From: Catajapyx aquilonaris
Taxonomy: Eukaryota
Direction: 5' to 3'
Length of the DNA stretch: 40,471 nt
NCBI GenBank assembly: GCA_000934665.2
Contig: JYFJ02003526.1
Coordinates: 1 to 40,471, forward strand
Positions within the stretch are counted from its first letter, which is position 1; every line of letters starts with the position of its first letter. Shown piece after piece: positions 35,785 through 40,471 of this stretch. Under the pieces are notes generated by a model. That model saw only the letters and a program-made list of their open reading frames with translations. It made no database searches and was not told the origin of the DNA. Position numbers and translations under genes: made by a program.

Positions 35785-36218
35785 CAGGGTGAGTCAAAAA
35801 AAAAAATCGTGTCTGTAAATGAATTTATTTAGAGCGCACCCCCACTCACGCGGCCTGACGTTGCCAGAGTTATGTGGCGAAATTCACACCCGTAGCCTCT
35901 CAAGTCGTTCAAGAGACATTGCCAACGTCGCAAACAACAGTAGTGTTGGAAATATGTACTGTACACTATACGGAGAGCTTACCAGAAATCATTGATAATG
36001 CCAACCCTGCACGCTGCGCCAACTGCAGTGCGCACTCGGTAGAAAATTCGTCTACAGTACTCTCTACAGTAGACCTCTCCCCCTACAGTGCTCCAAAGCG
36101 ACCTGATAGATGGGTACAGTGCGGTCCATAAGAAATAATATTTTGACACCCTACCGCGTCTCTTTTTTTGTGAAGTTAGTGGGTAGTTTGAGCACCTGCA
36201 GGTTTCTGACTCACCCTG
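35785..36218. mobile_element. Tc1/mariner-like MITE (CAGGGTGAGTCA TIRs) enclosing family A copy 5
   Basis: acagggtgagtca (35784-35796) and tgactcaccctgt (36207-36219). The TA flanks are degraded. Confidence 0.55.
35832..36040. mobile_element. Family A element copy 5 (degenerate)
   Basis: gcgcacccccactcacgcg..acgttgccagagtta ... caacgtcgcaaac..gtagtgttggaaata..cactatacggagagc..tgcacgctgcgc..gtgcgcactcggt. Confidence 0.75.
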
Positions 36219-37498
36219 TCTTTTATGCAAAAATGTAGAGTCGATTAGCCTAACCTCCCTGGGTTTTTTTCCCTCCCCATCATGGTTAGATGCACAATGG
36301 CTCCCGGATAACCTAGCATATGTGCTAATTAGTGTTTTCTTTGGCCGGCAGGTGATGAGGTGACCCTCGGGGGAGGTTTCATCACTGGTGAGTACAAACT
36401 GGGTTTACACTTTGCTTAACCAGGGGTTGGGTGCAGTTTTTGATGGAAGGGGCGGCCCACCCCTCATGTTGGGACGCGTAGGGGCCGCATTTTCCTCTGG
36501 TCCTTTTGTGTTCGGATAGAGGGGGGACAAAAGGGACCTCTGGAAAAGGGAAGGGGGTCAGAGGGCGATGGTAGCTGCTCAGAATAAGGATCCCTTGTTG
36601 CTGCCAAAACGTTGCCAAATCAACGGATCATTACTCGCCAATCTTTTTTTTTGCTAACCAGCCATTCAGGACAGCAGCAGCAGGCGACGAGTTGACCACT
36701 AGACACTGGTTGCCACATTGTCCTCTTACAAGTCGCGGAGAGATTTGAGGTGGAGTAATCTTTGCATTGTTACTGAACAAGGAGAGAAAAAAGAGGATAA
36801 TCACCGAGATAACCAGCGATTAATAATAAATGCGGGACAAGCAGTGTTCATACAAAAACATTCGCAGTTATGCCGACTTCATCGACTTACATTTATCCAA
36901 TTTGAACGAAATATACAGGGTACACCATATAAAAATTAGTAAAATTTTTGTTTACATTTTTTATATAAATAAATATGTACACTTTCTTATTACCAAAAAT
37001 AATACGAATTACAAATACATGCACGGTTGTATATTTAGGTTAAAATTCCCACGAGATATGCATATAATGCGACCATTTCGACATATTTGTAGTGTGCGCT
37101 TGTGAATGAATGTAATGTACATTTAATTCTCGCGGAAAAATTATCGGATGTAGCTCATGAATTGGGGGCTTTTTCTCCTCCTCCTCTGTCCTTCTCCCTG
37201 TTCCAGTCAACAACCGCAACAATTGCAGTGTAATTGGGTGTGTGAATGAGGCTCCGGCACACTCTTTGCTGTGTTGCCCGCGAGACCTTAATCGGCGTGT
37301 TGCCCTTGGTTAAAAAGGCGATGCTTCCGGTGCCCGTTTTGTCCGTTTTGTCACGAAGGCTGCTCATTGGGCCCCCTCTCATGTCACCTCCCCAGGATTT
37401 AGGCCAGGGATATGCGAAAAGAGGCATGAAAACACAGTGTGTCAGACGAAAAGGATGTCACGACTTTGCCATGTTTGCCAGATTGATCATTCGTGATT

Positions 37499-37585
37499 CC
37501 TAACCTAACCTAACCCTAACCCAACCTAACCTAACCTAACCCTAACCCAACCCAACCCAACCCAACCCAACCCAACCTAACCTAA
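37499..37585 (-). repeat. Interstitial telomere-like repeat (TTAGG/TTAGGG/TTGGG mix)
   Basis: (cctaa)n, ccctaa and (cccaa)n on the plus strand. Confidence 0.9.
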
Positions 37586-38820
37586 ACATGTGTTGGCAAC
37601 ACTATTGTCAAGCACCGACGCGACGCGACGTTTCTTTTGCTTCTGGTGACTTTCTGATGCAAATAATTTGTGGGCAGTGTTGGAAATAGGGCGAAATGAA
37701 GTTGGAGGGATGGGACTGACTGATGGGTCCCCCTCTTTTGTCCCTTTTTCAAGGTGGTAGGCATAGTTGCCGAGGTGTAGAGTGAGGGGGGGGGGGACTT
37801 GTTCCCACCACCAGGCATGACTCTCAGCTGCCATTCAAACAGGGAGAGAGAAGCCTTGCCCTCAGGATATCACCAGAGTTTTCATCAGACCAATCAAAAT
37901 TTTGCGCCCCCCTCATTCAATGTGGGAAGAACTTTTTTTTGGGGTTGTANGGGGGGGGGGCTATGCACCTGGGTGCTTTGTTTTGGGGGCCCAACTTGCA
38001 GTAGTCTTCAGCTGGTTTTGGGGAGAAAAAGGGTGGAGGAGGTGTCACCCCCTCGGAGTCAGAAATAGCTGCCCAAATTGGGGGGCAGGACCGGTACAAA
38101 GGGGGGCCTAACTTGACCCGCAGGCCAGTGCTTGACCTCGCTGATCAGCTATTCATGGTTTATAGCCGCCCTGTAGGAAAAAGAGCATTGGTTTATTTTG
38201 TACAGATTAGGATACTTAGTGATGCCAACATGCTATTGGAAATAATTTTTTGCAGGGTTGCCAGACCAATGAGAGTTGTAGGCATCGTATTTGTCTGTGG
38301 TTGAGTGAAGAGCGTGAGAGAAGTGTAAATGGGACAGAAGGAAAAGGGAGCGGAAGGTCTTTGGGGGTCAGCCAGGGTTGCCAGGCTGTTTGTGCTTCAA
38401 ACAAGGAGAGGAAGAAGTAGCAACAGGTTCTTTCAAGCCAGCCTTCCCTGGCTGGGCACCAGCCTTTTGCCTTGGTTCCTTTTGGGCTCGCATCTGGATT
38501 TTTCTGGCCTGTAAACAAAAGGCAGGAGGGGGGGTATGATGGAGGGGAGGTGGGCAAAGGGACGGAGCTTGAACGTGCAGCTTGGCAGGGTCACAGCCGC
38601 CATTACACGTTTACGGCGGCCCTAATTAATTGCCCTTTAAGTGCCCACTAAAGGACCCGGAATGAAGTGCCGCACGTTTCTTGGTGACATTTGACGGGAC
38701 ATCCTCTCAACGCCCATAGTTGACGCCCCTCCTACTTCAGATATGAAGTTGGCACCTCTGCTCGGTCTTGGCTCACTACAGCACGTCACGCAACAGGTGT
38801 CAGCGTGACGGACCGTGACA

Positions 38821-39515
38821 TTCCACCAATAAGAAATTAGATCATCCCACGTAGCGTAGCTGCTTAAACCGCATTCTCAATTCTGATTGGTTGCTGGTTG
38901 AGACTTGAAGCTGATTGATTGCGATCCACCAAGGAGAATTCATACTGCTGCCTTATAACGTAGCTGCTTAGACTCATTCTGATTGGTTACAGGTCGATGC
39001 TTGAGAGATGATTGGTGGCGTTCCACGAATGAGAATTGAGATTGCTCCATAACGTAGCTGCTTAAAGCCGACCTCAATTATGGTTGTGGGTCGAGACTTA
39101 GAGCTGATTGGTTACGGTACACCAATGAGAATGCAGACTGTCCTGCATAGCGTAGCGTCTTAATAGCGTTCTCGATTCTGATTGGTTGCGACTTGAGACT
39201 TGCAAGTTGATTGGTTTATGTTGATATGGCCCCCACGTAGCATAGCTGCTTAAAATTGTTCTCAATTCTTATTGGTTGCAGGACGAGACGGAGAGCTGAT
39301 TGGCTGCTTTCCACCAATGAGAATCGAGATGGCCCTATGTAGCACAGCTGCTTAAAATCGTCCTCTATTTTGATTGGTTGCTAGTTGAGTCTTGAATGCT
39401 GATTGGTTACGGTCCACTAATGAGAATTCAGACTGTACTACATAGCGCAGCTGCTTAATGTCGTTCTCAATTCTGATTGGCTACGACTTGAGACTTGCAA
39501 GCTGGTTGGTTAATA
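38821..39515 (+). repeat. ~100-bp satellite, ~7 units, rich in CCAAT/ATTGG
   Basis: ttccaccaatgagaat..tagctgcttaa..ttctgattggtt..gagacttg..ctgattgg starts near 38821, 38924, 39021, 39118, 39215, 39309 and 39412. Confidence 0.9.
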
Positions 39516-40369
39516 TTGCGTTGCGCTACCTGAGGTTGCACCAGGCAAATATCCGGCCGGAAATACTCAGTCGGAACATTCTGATTGATGGATTGATGGA
39601 GGTTCCCCCTGGCCACCCTCTTCCTCTTTTTTTTCCGTGGGAATCAAGATGGCGGTTTTTGGACGTGGGAAGGTTTTGTTGAGGGGGTTTGGCGACGGGT
39701 TCTCTCTCTCTCTCTCTCAGTAGGGTAGGGCACCCAGGGTTGAGGGTTTGTTTGCGGGACAATCGAAAAGCAGTTTGACGCTGGGTTGCCCCCGCTTTTT
39801 CCACTGTTGAGGGGGGCCAAGGCGGCCCCCTCAATAAAAGTCGGCCTGGCTGTTTTAGGCTCTGGGAAGGACACCGGCGGTTCAAACATCGCAGTGTTGT
39901 AGGCAGGTATAACCCCCCACCACAAAAGGAAATGGCCAAACATGGAGCTCCAACAAACACTTCCTGCTGCCCGCTTTTCAATCCATGTAAGCAAATAAAT
40001 CAGTCGACTAGAGAAAAAAAAAATTCTAATGGAGAGTGTGTGTGTGTGTGTGGATTGTTGCCCCATATATTATGAGCCTAATAATGCCAGTCAACAACTC
40101 AGCTTTTTTCCTCCAGTCCGGCAGGGCCACATATCACTGCATGTGATGCGATCATGAAGCAAACACGACCTTCATTGTCGGCTGATTTAGGCGAAATATT
40201 CACAAAGGAAATATCCATACAGCAAGTTGCCGATATGGAAGGGGGATAAGGCTTTTCACCACTTCCCTGATATAATTTTTCATATTTGAAAATTCATAGT
40301 GCTCATTTTCTGACTGACCGCATGAGGAAATTTTGGAACTGTTTTAAATTTCAAATAATAATTATGAAA

Positions 40370-40471
40370 TCCCCATATATATAAAGCTCAAAATTTGTAC
40401 ATTTATTTATCACGCCTAATTAAGCCACTTCCCGGGCACGGAGAGCGCTCAAATTTCTCAGAGCCATGTCT
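40370..40471 (+). mobile_element. Helitron-type 5' end running off the window
   Basis: A|TCCCCATATATATAAAGCTCAAAATTTGTACATTTATTTATCACGC has the same architecture as the other left ends. Confidence 0.5.

Noticed and set aside
1..40471. All ORFs in the six-frame track
   Set aside because: They are short, low-complexity and overlapping on both strands, with no domain I recognise. Small spliced exons cannot be excluded without RNA-seq or homology searches.

Overview
This is non-coding eukaryotic genomic DNA (intronic or intergenic), most likely from an arthropod. That guess rests on a (TTAGG)n-type repeat, a tRNA-derived SINE of an invertebrate style, and Helitron-type termini like those of insects. 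I can support no protein-coding gene, RNA gene, CRISPR array or prokaryotic feature; the ORF track is explained by chance, microsatellites and inverted repeats. The window alternates unique blocks with a dense, nested set of non-autonomous transposons: Tc1/mariner-, pogo-, hAT- and PIF-like MITEs, a full SINE with a 14-bp TSD, many Helitron-like left ends, large foldbacks and several mini/satellite arrays. Three patterns stand out: (i) a five-copy 'elastic' element with constant arms, different cargo in each copy and a recurring upstream CAGGGTGAG; (ii) palindromic mini-elements built from two head-to-head Helitron-type 5' ends; (iii) multi-level nests whose empty sites can be rebuilt from sister copies in the window. 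I found no convincing new protein-coding system. Family names A-D are my own labels, and coordinates were read by eye, so they may be off by a few bases.
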